Origin: Chiloscyllium plagiosum
Taxonomy: Eukaryota
Assembly (NCBI RefSeq): GCF_004010195.1
Contig: NC_057720.1
Coordinates: forward strand, 11,025,181-11,089,180
DNA: 64,000 nucleotides
Direction of reading: 5' to 3'
Made by a program: the position numbers and the translations under genes. Below the pieces are notes generated by a model, which did not search any database, was not told where the DNA came from, and was given only the letters and a program-made list of their open reading frames with translations. Shown piece after piece: positions 1 through 12,674 of this stretch (its first letter is position 1; each line of letters begins with the position of its first letter).

Positions 1-84
1 TGACCTGCCTTTACCTGATTTCCAGGCAGTACATTCCAAATCCTAACTACTAATTGTATTAGAAATATGGAAATATATAGGAGG

Positions 85-428
85 GTGATAACCTAGTGAT
101 GTTATCAGTGGACTGTTAATCCGGAGACCCAGGTAATCTTCTGGGGACCCAGGTTTGAAACCTGCCATAGTAGATGGAGTAATTTGAATTTAATAATAAA
201 ACAAACAAAATCTGGAATTAAGAGTCTAATGATAACCATGATTCCATTGTCCGTTGTCGATTGTCAGAAAAACCCATCGGGTTCACCAATGTCCTTTAGG
301 GAAGGAAACTGCCATCCTTTCCTGGTCTGGCCTACATGTGACTGCAGATGCACAGCAAAATGGTGGGCAATTAGGGATGGGCAATAAATGCTGGCCTAGA
401 TGCCGTCATCCTGTGAATGAATAAAAAA
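85..428 (+). mobile_element. tRNA-derived SINE sharing its 3' tail with a CR1/L2-clade LINE
   Basis: tRNA-like head, core ...gggaaggaaactgccatcct...ggtctggcctacatgtgact..., tail gggcaattagggatgggcaataaatgctggcc...tgaatgaataaaaaa. Similar copies at ~8630-8848(-), 10110-10430(+), 18530-18865(+), 45045-45265(-), 52535-52905(-), 52925-53380(+), 61425-61700(-). Confidence 0.75.
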
Positions 429-619
429 CAATTACACTTGCTTCATTTGCACATCACTTTAAAATTGTGCCTTTTTGTTCATTTTTCTTTCATGGGTGGG
501 AACATCTCTCTATCTACTCTATCCACCCCACTCATGACTTTCAACACACTCATCAAATTTCCTCTCAGTCTGCTTCTCTCCAGGGACAACAGTCCCAACT
601 TCTTCAGTCTGACTGAAGC

Positions 620-1712
620 AACATTTGCAGCTCTGAAGCAGACTATGACCTGGACAATATCAGGCTTGGGCTAAAAGATGTTAAGCAACATGCACACCAC
701 ACAAGTGACAAGCAATTACAATCTTCAATAAGAAACAATCTAACCACTGCTCTTTGACATTACCATCACTGAATCCCCCACATCAAAATCTTGGGGGTTA
801 CCATTGACCAGAAACCACATTGGACTCACCATATCAATACATTGGCTCCGAGGACAGACCAGAGACTAGGAATACTGCAGTGAGTAACTCCTCTCTCCTG
901 ACTCCCGAAAGCTTTGGCCTCCACAGCCTTCTGCGGCAATGATTCACCTCTCTCTGGTTGATAAAAATTCTTCCTCATAGCTGTTCTAAAGGTCATTCCT
1001 TCAATCTGAGGCTGTATCCTTGTGTCCAATCTCTCCTACTAGTGGAAACATCATTTCCACATCCAGTCCTCTCAATATTCTGTACATTTCAATGAGATCT
1101 CCCGTTATCCTTCTAAACTTCCTCAAAAACAGACCCAGAATCTTCAACTACTCCTCATATGTCAATCTCAACAGAAAGCCCCCCCAAAGCCAGCATATCC
1201 TCCCTTAGGTACAGGGCCCAAAATGCTCCCGATTATCCTGGGTGAGTCCAGTTCTAACATCACTCAAGAAGCTTGACACCATCCAGGGCAAAGCTACCCA
1301 TTTGATTGACATCACTTCCACAACCATTTAGCCACTCCAACACCGATGTTCAGTTGCAGCAGTGTGTACTATCTCTAAGATGCATTGCAGAAATTTACCA
1401 AAGATACTCAGACAGCACCTTCCAAACCCATGACCACATCCATCGAGAAGGGCAAGGGCAGCAGATTCAAGAGTAAACTCCTCTCCAGGTCACTAATCAT
1501 TCCGACTTGGAAACATATCAATGTTCTTTCAGTGTCGTTGGGTCCAAATCCTGGAATTCTCTCCTTAACAGCATGGTGGTGTACCTACAGCACTAGGACT
1601 CTGGACTTCAAGAAGGCAGCTCACCACCACCTACTCAAGGACAACTAAGGACGGGCAATAAATACTGACCCGGTTACTGATTCCCAGATCCAATGTGAGT
1701 GAGTTAAAAAAA
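620..1712 (+). mobile_element. Decayed 3' end of a CR1/L2-clade LINE, interrupted by an opposite-strand CR1 fragment (~915-1240)
   Basis: Ends ...aagaaggcagctcaccaccacctactcaaggacaactaaggacgggcaataaatactg, the same tail as the SINE at 85-428. A homologous fragment lies at ~7490-7920. Confidence 0.6.
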
Positions 1713-2107
1713 AGTTCCTAATTTCAGGAATCATTCTTGTAAAATCACTTCTGCCCCCTCCAAAACTAGAGAAAATGAAAAGGATTTTCCCTCAGATTTA
1801 TTTAAGATCAGGAAAACAATAGGTGTGGGATTCCAAAAGACAGCTGATCATGTACTTGACGAGAGCTATTATGCAGGATTGTAGCGGAAACAGTAGGGAT
1901 GCGCTACTAAATTAGATAGCGCTTACAAAGAGTCAGCAAAGACTTAACTGGCCAAATGGTCTTCTACTGCACTGTAAAATTCAATGCTTAAAAGAGCGGA
2001 ATTGTTGAGATGCTATCTCTTAAACTGGTTGGAAGTGCAGAAATTTACATTAAGCCACTCATTCTTAACTTTTTAATGAATATATTCTGTTGAATATTTT
2101 TCCTCAG

Positions 2108-2278
2108 GCTGAGAGGAGCCATGAAGCGCACCTGCAGGAGTTGAGGCTCAGTCTTGAGCAATCAGAGAGTGAAAACCAGAGCATTCAGAGTTACATGCGT
2201 TTTCTCAAATTGTCCTATACAATCATGTTTGGAGACAACAGCATAACAGATTTTCATGGTGAGGCAGCACTGAGATGA
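2108..2278 (+). CDS. ODF2L: Terminal coding exon of an ODF2/ODF2L-family (outer dense fiber 2 / cenexin-like) coiled-coil protein
   Basis: Acceptor ttttcctcag ends at 2107 (phase 0). Translation AERSHEAHLQELRLSLEQSESENQSIQSYMRFLKLSYTIMFGDNSITDFHGEAALR* matches the recalled ODF2-family C-terminal motif LQDLKDRLEQSESTNRSMQNYVQFLKSSYANVFGD. ODF2L versus ODF2 versus another paralog is not resolved. Confidence 0.8.
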   Translation, partial: AERSHEAHLQELRLSLEQSESENQSIQSYMRFLKLSYTIMFGDNSITDFHGEAALR

Positions 2279-2693
2279 GTAACTTAATCGTCATAGGATT
2301 TGATGAAGTCTTGCAATGGCTACAGATTCAACATTTGTTTTATCCTTAATTATGAAACTTTAATTTGACTTCTATTAAGAAAATTCAGTAAAGGTCATGC
2401 AAATTGTTTGTGCTGGACGTACTTTACTTGTGATTAAAAGCAAATACTGCACATAGAGAGAACTACTGTCGTTAATGTTTCTAAATTAATATGCTTGAAT
2501 ATTATGTTACTTTCAGCAGAAATTTCCAATGTCAGTGTGTAAATATTGTTTTTGTTTCAAAAATATTAATTTGATTTTAAGGCACTGTTTTTGCATCAAT
2601 AATTTGTGTTTTTGACATTGCTCCTTGGTCACATGTTCAAATACATTTCCTCAGTTGGTTAATTTCCACACAAAAAGATTACGCCACTGTGAA

Positions 2694-2699
2694 AATAAA
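2694..2699 (+). terminator. Candidate polyadenylation signal of the ODF2-family gene
   Basis: AATAAA ~415 nt after the stop, in an AT-rich repeat-free 3' UTR, followed by GT-rich sequence (tatgtgtgg, tgtgtgttt). Confidence 0.5.
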
Positions 2700-2890
2700 T
2701 AGGGAACTATTGGCATACTATGTGTGGCCTTCTATGTGTGTTTATGTTGCACAGGAGCAGGAGAAGGCCAGTCAGCCCCTCCAGCCGATTCCACCATGCA
2801 ATTAACTCAGGGCTGAACTGCATTGTAGCTCCATCCCTTTGCACCATATTCGTTAACTAACAGGTTCCCTGGCTAACAGGATTCTGTGGA

Positions 2891-3770
2891 TGAAAACACA
2901 AAATGCTGGTGATCACAGCAGATCAGGCAGCATCCATGGAGAGAGAGCAAGCTAACGCTTCAAGTCTGGATGACTCTTCATTAAAGCTGAAGTGAATTGT
3001 GGAGGGGGGGGCAGCATTTATGCTATGGTGGGGGCGGTGGTGTTGGAGTGCTTGGGGAGAAAGGATATTGATTGTTCAGATTAAGTGATCGGAATATGAG
3101 AATCGCAGAACAATGGTGTGTCTAACTATCAGACTGGAAAGAGCAGACAGTCCCATTGGGGGAGGGTGGGGGGAGGAGGAGGGGAGCGGGAGTGACAGAG
3201 AATGTAGCAAACAAAACTAATAGAAGGGGAAGGAATGGGAGTTGATTGACAATTTGAAGGTGTTGAGCTCAATATTAAATTCAGAAGGCTATAAAGTGCC
3301 TAGTCTGAGGATGAGATGTTGTTCCTCCAGTTTGCACTGCGATTCACTGGAGCATTGCAGCATGCCGAGGACAGACAGGTGGGATGCGAGCAGGACGCTG
3401 TGTTAAAGTGACTGGCTACGGGAAGGTCAGCATTATGCTTGTGCAGGGACTGGAGATGTTCTGCAAAGTGGTCACCCAGACTGCTTTTGATTTTTCCAAT
3501 ATAGACTAGGCCATATTGGGTGCAACGAATACAATACACAGATTGGAGGAGGTACCTGTGAAATGCTGCTTCAACTTAAAAGACTGTTTAGGCCCTTGGA
3601 TGGTGAGCTGGGAGGAGGTGAAGGGACAGCTGTTGCACCTTCTGCAGTTACATGGGAAGGTGCTGTGGAGAGGTGTGTGGTATTGGTGGTCAAGGGTGTT
3701 CTGAGGGAATGATCCACGTGAAGTGCAGACGGGGGGAGTGAGGGGAAGATGTGTTTGGTGCTGACGTAAT
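2891..3770 (-). mobile_element. Penelope-like element 3' fragment (GIY-YIG endonuclease remnant plus pLTR with decayed hammerhead)
   Basis: ORF 3300-3539(-) YCIRCTQYGLVYIGKIKSSLGDHFAEHLQS...LPVASHFN is a PLE GIY-YIG motif. Decayed core TTAATGA-A-GAGTC...GACTT-GAAG-CGTT at ~2954-2984(-). Confidence 0.85.
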
Positions 3771-4305
3771 GCAGTAACTTGCTCTTAGGATTCTGTGGAT
3801 CTTGGATTTTTTAATTGAACTGGGATCTCTTACTACTCCTAAAGGAATACTTCCTATTTCTTACATCCTTGGCCAGATGAAGTGATTGCTCTCCCGAATA
3901 GCCAGTTCTCATTTTATGATAATGTTCCTTTGTCCTGATGACCTCTCTCAATTCACGCAGGAAGTAATTATTGCATTTCTTATGAAAGCAACCTGTTTTT
4001 GGATTCAATGTTACTGTCTTTCATATCTCAGTTTGCTCATCTTGGATAAAGATGGTCCATCCTTCACTTTACTCAATAGAACATAGGTACAGGAGTAGGC
4101 CATTCAGTCCCTCGAGCCTGTTCCGACATTCAATGCGATCATGGCCGATCTGTGGCCTAACTCATCTACTTCCCTTCGGCCCATATTCCTTAATATCTTT
4201 GCTGAACAAAAATTTATCTATCTAAGATTGAAAACTAGCCACGGATCCTGCATCAATTGCCATGTGAGGAAGAACATTCCGAACAGCTACCACCCTTTGT
4301 GTGTA

Positions 4306-5090
4306 TTAAATTGGAGAGGGTTCAGAAAAGATTTACCAGGATGTTGCCAGGACTGAAGAGTTTGAGTTATAAGGAGAGGCTGGATAGGCTGGGACCTTTT
4401 TCCATTGTAGGAGTTTGAGGGGTGTCCTGATAGAGTTTTAGGGTGGCACAGTGGTTAGCACTGCTGCCTCTCAGCACCAGAGACCTGGGTTCAGTTCCCG
4501 CCTCAGGCGACTGTGTGGAGTTTGCACATTCTCCCCATGTCTGTGTGGGTTTCCTCTGGGTGCTCCGGTTTCCTCCCACAGTCCAAAAATGTGCAGGTTT
4601 GGTGAACTGGCCATGCCAAATTGCCTGTAGCATTAGGTGTAGGGGAATGGGTTTGGGTGGGTTGCGCTTCGGTGGGTCGGTGTGGACTTGTTGGGCCGAA
4701 GGGCCTGTTTCTACACTATAAGTAATCTAATCTAAAATCATGAGGGGCATAGATAACAGGAATAGCAAAAGTCTTTTCCCGAGTGTAGGGGAGTTCAAAA
4801 CTAGGGGAGCATAATTTTAATGTGAGAGGAGAAAGATTTGAAGAGAACATGAGGGGCAACTATTTTACACAGAGGGTGGCTTGTGTGTAGAATGAACTGC
4901 AAGAGGAAGTTCTGGATGCAAGTACAGTTACAACGTTTAAAAGACAATTGGATAAGTTCATGAACATGAACAGTTTGGAGAGATATGGGCCAAGTTCAGG
5001 CAGGTAAGACTAGTATAGTTTGGGATTGTGGTCGGCATGGACTGGTTGGACCAAAGGGTCTGTTGCCATGCTGTTTGACTCTATGACTCT
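4306..5090 (+). mobile_element. CR1 LINE 3' end with nested HE1-type SINE
   Basis: Encodes remnants of ERVQKRFTRMLPGL...WNEL and has a CR1 3' UTR ending gactctatgactct. Confidence 0.85.
4441..4735 (+). mobile_element. HE1-type (V-SINE) tRNA-derived SINE
   Basis: A box gtggcacagtggttagc, B box ggttcagttcc, V-domain gtggagtttgcacattctcccc...tgggtttcctctgggtgctccggtttcctcccac, CR1-like tail, (taatc)n end. Confidence 0.9.
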
Positions 5091-5483
5091 AAATGCTTCC
5101 TAATATCTCTTCTGAACAGTCTGGCCCTGGTTTTTAGATGATGCCAGCATTTTGCTTCAAGATGTGGATGCTTCCCTGTCATAAAATGTCCTCAGTCTTA
5201 GCTCATTTCTTCCAGTTACTTCAAATGCACATCTTGCTCAGCAGAGTTTAGCCTGAGCTTGCAATCCACTGGAAAATGAAATTGCAAATTAAAGTGACTT
5301 CACCCGATGTTTAGAGAGGCTCTGGAATCCAGATGAACAAGGAAAAAATGCTGTACACCCTCCCCCACATGAAAATACATATGCAAGGTGGGGGAGAATT
5401 TCATTGCTAGGACATGTTCTTAACTATATTGCCTCACTCTTAAAACTTGACAGCAGATAGCTTTTCAGGGACAATGTCCAAAC

Positions 5484-5629
5484 TGGATGTAGGTTTGCTC
5501 GCTGAGCTGGAAGGTTCATTTTCAGATGTTTCGTCACCATTCAAACATCTAAAAATGAACCTTCCAACTGAGTGAGCAAAACTACATCCAGCACCTCAAC
5601 CTGAGCTACAAATCTTCTCAAAACTCCCT
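5484..5629. mobile_element. PLE-derived fold-back (family E) with 13-bp TSD
   Basis: Inverted arms tggatgtaggtttgctcgctgagctggaaggttcattttcagatgttt / aaacatctaaaaatgaaccttccaactgagtgagcaaaactacatcca (5484-5590). TSD aatgtccaaactg at 5473-5485 and 5630-5642. Confidence 0.75.
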
Positions 5630-6227
5630 AATGTCCAAACTGCATGAGTTCATGATGTTATGGATATAATTGATAAATCTATGATGATATATAAGCTTTG
5701 AGGAGATCATTTTGAGGCAATCGTTTTGGGCACCATTAATTCCAAAATCTACTGAGAGAGCTGTGTTACGTTGAACCATCCTATTGGATCCAACCTTCAA
5801 GAATTCACAGGATTCAAGTTCCAGGGACCACAGTAATGCGTTGAGATACAGTTACCTTTGCACCCAAGTGCTCAGGTCTCTAGAAATTGGGAAAATGAAC
5901 AAGTTATACCTTTCTGGAAGTTTAAAATATGGAGTTCTGTCAGGCATTTTCAGAGGTGCTGCAAACTTGAACTATTCAGCATAATTTTAGTGAAATTAGG
6001 CTTTTTACAAACTGAAGCAAAAAGCTCCTGCTACGACTATTTCCAACAACTGATCTGCACAGAATCACAACACCATTTCTGAAACTTCTCTTCATACCAC
6101 AGGATATGGTTGTTTTATTGTATTCTTTGTTGGTCTCCTCATCTCCACTGTATGTAATTCTAAATTATCAGAAGCTCCAGCTTTTGTAATCGCCCTTATC
6201 TCTGCACTCACTCACCTCAAATATGTT

Positions 6228-6760
6228 GAACATGGAGTAGGCCATTCAACCCCTTGAGCCTGTTCCATCATTCAATGAGATCTTTGGCCTAACTCCATAT
6301 ACCTGCCTTTGACCTATCTCTCTTAATACTTTTGCTTAATGAAAAATGTATCTATATCCGCTTAAAGTTAGCAACCGATCCTGCACCAACTGCCATTTGT
6401 GGAAGAGAGTTCCAAATATCTATCACCCTTTGTGTATTGAAGTGCTTCCTAATATCTCTCCTGAATGGTCTGGCCCTAATTCTCAGACTATACCCTAGTT
6501 CTAGAATTCCCAACCAGCGGAATTGGTTCATCAACCTATCCTGTCTTTTCCTGTTAATATTTTGAATTATTTGATTGGATCAACTCTTAACTTTCTAAAT
6601 TCTAGAGAAACAGGTCTAATTTGTATAATCTCTCCTCATAACATTACCCCTGGCATCTAGGTACCATTCCTATAAACCTGCATTGTATTCCCTCCCAGGT
6701 CTATACATCCTTCCTGTGGTGTGGTGCCCAGATCTGCTCTCAGTACTCCCAGTGGGGTCT
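6228..6760 (-). mobile_element. CR1 LINE 3' fragment
   Basis: ORF 6352-6534(-) GYSLRIRARPFRRDIRKHFNTQRVIDIWNSLPQMAV is the CR1 ORF2 C-terminus. Confidence 0.85.
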
Positions 6761-6940
6761 ATCCATCCGTTGCTCCCTAATATTCCACAGTCTGCCAATG
6801 CATCAGCCTCAAGCTGCAAATTCCAACAGCAAAATCGACGTTTCGGGCAAAAGCCCTTCATCAGGAGGGTCTATCCATCCGTTGCTCCCTAATATTCCAC
6901 AGTCTGCCAATGCATCAGCCTCAAGCTGCAAATTCCAACA
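6755..6940. repeat. 74-bp direct repeat (6755-6828 and 6867-6940) enclosing a 38-bp hammerhead insert
   Basis: gggtctatccatccgttgctccctaatattccacagtctgccaatgcatcagcctcaagctgcaaattccaaca is present twice and identical by eye. Confidence 0.92.
6837..6864 (-). ncRNA. Minimal type I hammerhead ribozyme core (PLE family A)
   Basis: CUGAUGA-A-GGGC(UUUU)GCCC-GAAA-CG-UC on the minus strand. Confidence 0.8.
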
Positions 6941-7923
6941 CTTTTCCTAATGGAACCCTCTCCTCTTGCATTCGTGGTAGACGCTTCATTGGTATTGAAT
7001 TTCTGGAATGATACAGCAGAAAAGACAGGCATTTAATGATCCAATTAGTTCCGCCCTGTAGCACTGTTACTTTGTATCTTTAAGATACGTTGTTCAGTTC
7101 TTCCTTGCCTTATTGAGGCACTACATTCCAGTTTACAACAACTTCTGCTGTGAAAGAGCTCCCAGATAATGAGGCAGTCCAGATCTGCATTCAATGAGAC
7201 CCAGAGACCATTCAAGCTTTGAATAATAACTAGCAAGTAATGTTCTTCCCAAGGACAATATAACAATGGACTAAACTACCAAAGGAAACAGTCACCGCTC
7301 CATCATTGGCAATCTTCAACAATCGCCTTTACATTCTTTCAATTTTAAGGTAGTCATGATAATGAAAATTTTAGCAGCAGGTTTACCACTGCCTATATAA
7401 ATGATGGTAGAATGCACATACTAGTCTGTCACATTGACTAAAGCAGAAATAATGATATTTTCAACAAGGAAGAATTGTAACATTTCCCCTTAATACTCAA
7501 TGGCATTTCCATCCTTGAATTCCCCTGTGTCTTGTGGGTTTCCATTGAACAGAAACAGATCTGAACTGGCCATACAAACACTGCAGCTATAAGAGTCAGT
7601 CAGAAACTGGGAATCCTGCAGCAAATTATTCACTACCTGATTCCCCAAAACCTGTTCTCCATCAACAAAACAAAGATTACACGTGTGATGGAATATTCCC
7701 CCATTGCCCAGATGTGTACTGCTCCAACACCAGTCAAATAGAAAAGTATTTGCTTGATTGGCTCCCCATCCACCATCTTGGTCATTCACTCCCTCCATCA
7801 GTAATGAATGATCTTAGTAGCACCAGCCAGATGATGCACTGTAGGACTTTGCCATGACTCCTTGAACAACATCCTCCTAACCAGTGACCTACGCTACCTA
7901 GAAAAATGTTGGGAGCAGACATC

Positions 7924-8218
7924 CTACTGCGAATCCTCTTGCAAGGATGCCTGCCTTGAAGATGTTTTCCTCCTCTCTCTACAAGAATCTCAGGGAGTCT
8001 CTCTCCCACTGCAACTCCCAGATCATTTCCTCAGCCCTGAAGCTCTTCAACCATGTCCTGAAACAAACTCGACTCTATACTACTCTCTCCCCAACCCCAC
8101 CCTCCTCTAGCTTATCTCTCCACGCTTCAGGCTCTCTGCCTTTATTCCTGATGAAGGGCTTTTGCCCGAAACGTCGATTTTGCCTGTCCCCGGATGCTGC
8201 CTGAATTGCTGTGCTCTG
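7924..8218 (+). mobile_element. Rearranged PLE fragment: probable ORF N-terminus fused to pLTR with hammerhead
   Basis: MPALKMFSSSLYKNLRESLSHCNSQIISSALKLFNHVLKQTR (recalled as a shark PLE ORF start) followed by the family A pLTR. Confidence 0.65.
8148..8175 (+). ncRNA. Minimal type I hammerhead ribozyme core (family A)
   Basis: CUGAUGA-A-GGGC(UUUU)GCCC-GAAA-CG-UC; predicted cleavage after 8175. Confidence 0.8.
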
Positions 8219-9123
8219 CTAACTCAGAAGGACAATGGAACAGATTCAGGAAAACATAAATGGACCGATATCAAAGAACTAGTTTGAAGTAAAAAAGGCA
8301 GAGAAGGAAAGAAATAACAGCAATGACGTTACAAGTTCCTCTCTCCCTGTCTGTCTCCAGCTCAGGAACCAGTGTCCAATGAAAAAGCAACTTGGAAAAA
8401 CAGCCATTCATTGAGATCTCAAGGACGTCTGCAAACTCTGTCACTGTTGAGGAAACAAGACAACAGCAAAACAATTGTGGTGTCAAGTTTCACTCTCATA
8501 ATTCAAGAACTTTAAAATGCTATTTATTTTACCTTCCTGTCTGTAATAGACACCGTAACCCTTTTAAACATATTATCTGTGTTTTTGTGTGCGTATCACA
8601 TAATGTTTTTACTATTTTGATTGGAGGGATACTAGTCCAGAACGAAAGATGGCAGTTTCCTTCCCTAAAGGGCATTAGTGAACCAGATGGGTTTTTCTGA
8701 CAATTGCCAATGGATTTATAGTAGTCATTAGATTCTTAATTCCAGACTTGGAATTTTGTTGAATTCAAATTCCACCTCCCCAGAACATTACCTGGATCTC
8801 TGGATTAACAGTCCAGCGATAACACCACTAGGCCATCAACTCCCCTTATGCAATGGTTGAAGAAGATGTCTCACCACCAGCTTTCAAGGGCAGTTAGGGA
8901 TGGACAATAACTGGTGGTCCCACTTGTATGGTTCACATTCTAAGAATTTATAAAAAAAGCTTACTCATGTTGGACGTGATTTTCCTTTGCCAAGTCCCCT
9001 TAGCTTTCAATTCTTACCTGATCATTCGGCTTCTCACTATTTGATACTTCAGTGTGTAGCTAGTAACCTCTGCTTTGGCTTTTAGCAAATTAACTGAAAT
9101 ACATAAGTAATTAAAGTAAATTA

Positions 9124-9252
9124 AAGTATTGCAAATGCTGGAGATTGGAAACAAAAACAGAAATTGCTGGTGAAATTCAGCAGGTCCAGCAGCATCTGTG
9201 GATGGAGAAACCAAGTTAATGATTCAAGTCCTTTGACTCTTCTTCAGAACTG
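9124..9252 (-). mobile_element. PLE pLTR stub with decayed hammerhead
   Basis: Minus strand gttCTGAAGAaGAGTCaaagGACTTgaatcattaac followed by the typical acagatgctgctggacctgctg tail. A similar stub lies at ~9813-9932. Confidence 0.65.
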
Positions 9253-10813
9253 GAAGAGAAAACATTTCCTGTTAAAAAGTTGAATGAGGTGAAGAGTGAA
9301 GTGGAACTGCGGTCTGGGATAGCTTTGAGATAGCATGAGATAGTATTGTTGGAGAGTGATGTCAAGAATGTCCATGGAGTGACTCCTGGCACTGAGTATG
9401 GATCACAGCATGAGGTGTCATCAGCTGTCTAAGGAGTATGTTCATCACAGAGCTACCTGCAATCCTAAAGATGAAGGATGGAATTGCAGTTGGAATTCAC
9501 AGGGAATGGATGGGATGGAGCTTAAATATTCATAGAGTCATACAGCACAGAAACAGACTCTTTGGTCCAACCTATCTATGCCGACCATAATCTCAAACTA
9601 ATCTTGTGCTTGTCAAATATCCTTCCAAATATTTTCATGTTTATGTAAGTCACTGAGGAAGGAGATATGGCTGAGAAAGTGACTTTTGGCAAACACTCTA
9701 TCAAACACTAAGAAGGAAATTGAAAGCAGTGAAGGTGAATGAACTGTAAGGTTAAAACAGAAATCCTTGAAGATAGGCATGCTTGGAAGAGACATGACAG
9801 TGAATCAAAAATTTGAATAAATGTTGCAGAAGCTGTGGATCTGAAATAAGAACAGAAGGTACAGTAGATCTATCAGTATTTGAAGAGAGAAAGAGAGTTA
9901 ATGTCTCAAGTCCTTTAACTCTTCTTCAGAACACTGTTATTAAACACTGTGGTTATATGAAAGCTTCAAAACTGAATAGATTGATCAAAGTATGAGGTAT
10001 TATTAAATCAAGTAAATGATATTAACAAATACCGATCAATTGTGATGTAATTGAATGATGGAATGGAATTTAGAGGCTGAATGGCTTCCTCCTGTTCCTG
10101 CATTCAGGGCAGGCAATGATGTAATGGTAATGTCACTGGACACCAAGCTGGGGCCTGGGTTTGAATGTCATTGTGGCAGATGGTGAAATTTAAATTCAAT
10201 AATATCTGGAATTAAATCTAGTCTAATCTGACCATTATCACGATTATTGTAAAAGCCACATGATTCTCTAATTTCTTTCAAGGAAGGAAATCTGTTGTGT
10301 TTACCTGGTCTGGCCTACATGGGACTCCAGGCACACAGCAAAATAGTTGATACTTAACTGCCCCCTGGGGTGGGAAATAAATGCTGGCTTAGCCAGCGAT
10401 GCCCTCATTCTGTGAATGAATCAAAAAAAAGCTAGCCGTTACCCTTACATAAATTGTGGCATTTTTAGCTATTTTAATAGCTAAATATACATGTGATGAG
10501 CATGATGTTATTGTTCATTCCTATTAAGTATGTCTTCATGCTGTGCATAAATAAACTCTAGTTCACTTGTGAAATTTATTTCCATACCTACAAAGTGAAA
10601 TACTTATTAGCTGGCACACAACAAATTCCTTACAAGCTGAATTGACATATACTTGGTTGAGTTGGTAGTTGTGTTGGAAATATATTTTTTCTGTATTATC
10701 CAAGATGTTCTTCCAGACCTTTCAGACATCAGCTGCCAAAGAGAGTGGGTTGCTTGAGATCTATGGTTTTTCGGTGGGGTGTGGAACTTACTTTGCAAAT
10801 GAATTGATTTAGA

Positions 10814-11964
10814 TGCATTTGGTTTTCTGCAGGTTAAAGTGAGTTAAAGTAACTGGATGAAAACATCTAGAAAGAGAGCAGTTCTTTTGTTCTCAGGGTA
10901 CATGAGTGATTTGAACTTGGCTTCAGGGATCCTAAAATTTACTAGTGGTGCTAAAACAGCATATGAACAGATAAATGTACAAATTAGGAGAGGAAATTGG
11001 CCATTCTATTCCCCTAGTCTGCTCGGCCATTCATGGCTGATCTAACTGTGGCCTCAATTCGACATTCCTGCTCATTCACCACGATAGCCTTTGTCTCCGT
11101 TGTTAGCTGATAATCTATCTACCTCTCCTCAAAAAATTTCAATGACATTGTTATCGAGGGAAGAGAATTCCAAAGATCTACAGCCCTCTGGGAGAACTAA
11201 ATTCCTCCTCATCTCCATTTGAAATGCAGGATCCTTTATTTTTAAACTATGGTGTTTAGTTTTAGTAGTCTGGATTCAAAAGAAAGGAGTGGCATCTTAC
11301 TTTCAACACTCCTCCAACACATTTTCCCAACACTGGCTCCTTCCCACCACTTCCCAACTCCGTGCTGATTGTGTCCAGGGCAAGAACATCCACGGACACC
11401 ATTCCCGTTCCGATGCCTTCTTGGTGGGCAATTAATGGAAACAAGCACATTGCCTGAATGAAGGAGCTGGTGTTGGGGAAGTGTGTGGAGGAGTGTTGAA
11501 AGTAAGATGCCACTCCTTTCTTTTAAATCCAGACTACTAAAACTAAACACCATAGTTTAAAAATAAAGGATCCTGCATTTCAAATGGAGATGAGGAGGAA
11601 TTTAGTTGTCCCAGAGGGCTGTAGATCTTTGGAATTCTCTTCCCTTGACATGTCATTGAAGTGTTTTGAGGAGTTTATCAGCTAACAATGGAGACAAAGG
11701 TTATCTTGGTGAATGAGCAGGAATGAGGAATTGAGGCCACAATTAGATCAGCCATGAATGGGATAGAATGGGCAATTTCCTCTCCTAATTTGTACATTTA
11801 TCTGTTCACATGCTGTTTTAGCACTACTACTAAATTTCAGGATTCAGCTCCCTGAAGCCAAGTTCAAATCACTCATGTACCCTGAGAACAATAGGGCCAC
11901 TCTCTTTCTAGATGTTTTCATCCAGTTACTTTAACTCACTTTAACCTGCAGAAAACCAAATGCA
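10814..11964. repeat. Long inverted repeat (arms 10814-11343 and 11460-11964, ~116-bp spacer)
   Basis: tgcatttggttttctgcaggttaaagtgagttaaagtaactggatgaaaacatctag... is the reverse complement of ...ctagatgttttcatccagttactttaactcactttaacctgcagaaaaccaaatgca. Complementarity continues inward to cactggctccttc / gaaggagctggtg. Confidence 0.95.
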
Positions 11965-12674
11965 CCAAAGCTCCCCTCATTAAACTGCACCTGCCGAGAG
12001 TCTGCCCAGTTACACAGACTGTCAAGGGTCTTCCTTGGGCTGGGTTTTATCTCCAAGGCTGGGACAACTGAGATCAGTGTTGTTTCCTGGGTATGTGTAT
12101 GTTGGAGGATAGGTTGAAGCATTTGGATTTTCACATGGGCATGACAACAGGTTGGCCTTAAGGAGAATGACAGACTAGCTATCAAAGTTGGAGAGCTAAT
12201 TCTGAGCCCTTCCACAAACCGGTGAGGAAGAAATGCAAATGATGTCGATTGTCTAATAATGTTGAGTGATGGCAACTAGCAGCAAAACAACCAAATTATT
12301 AAACAAGTGTAACAGGGAACAATGAACAACAAGACCAGGATGAGGTTGTTGAACCTTCCAACAACACATTGCGATGTGAAATATTCATATTATAAACTCT
12401 GTTTTACCCGTTTATTTAATTGTTGAATTGATGACAAGTGCCTATATAAAACCATATATATCTGTTTGGGGTAAGTTTTTATCTTCGGAAAAAGGGAGAT
12501 GTGTTGTGTCACATGGTCACTGTATCATAGCATGTGATCTGAAGGTATCAAATTCTTATTCTCCACCTTAATTGAGAGCATTAGTTGAAACATTATTTGT
12601 TGTCCCATTCAATTTTATACCCTCACTGCTGCTATTTCCTTTAACCCAGTGGATGTCATCAACTTTTGATGAAA

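Noticed and set aside
4441..4510. tRNA genes (also 37832, 51661, 61093)
   Set aside because: These are tRNA-derived SINE heads, either continuing into SINE bodies or lacking a complete cloverleaf.
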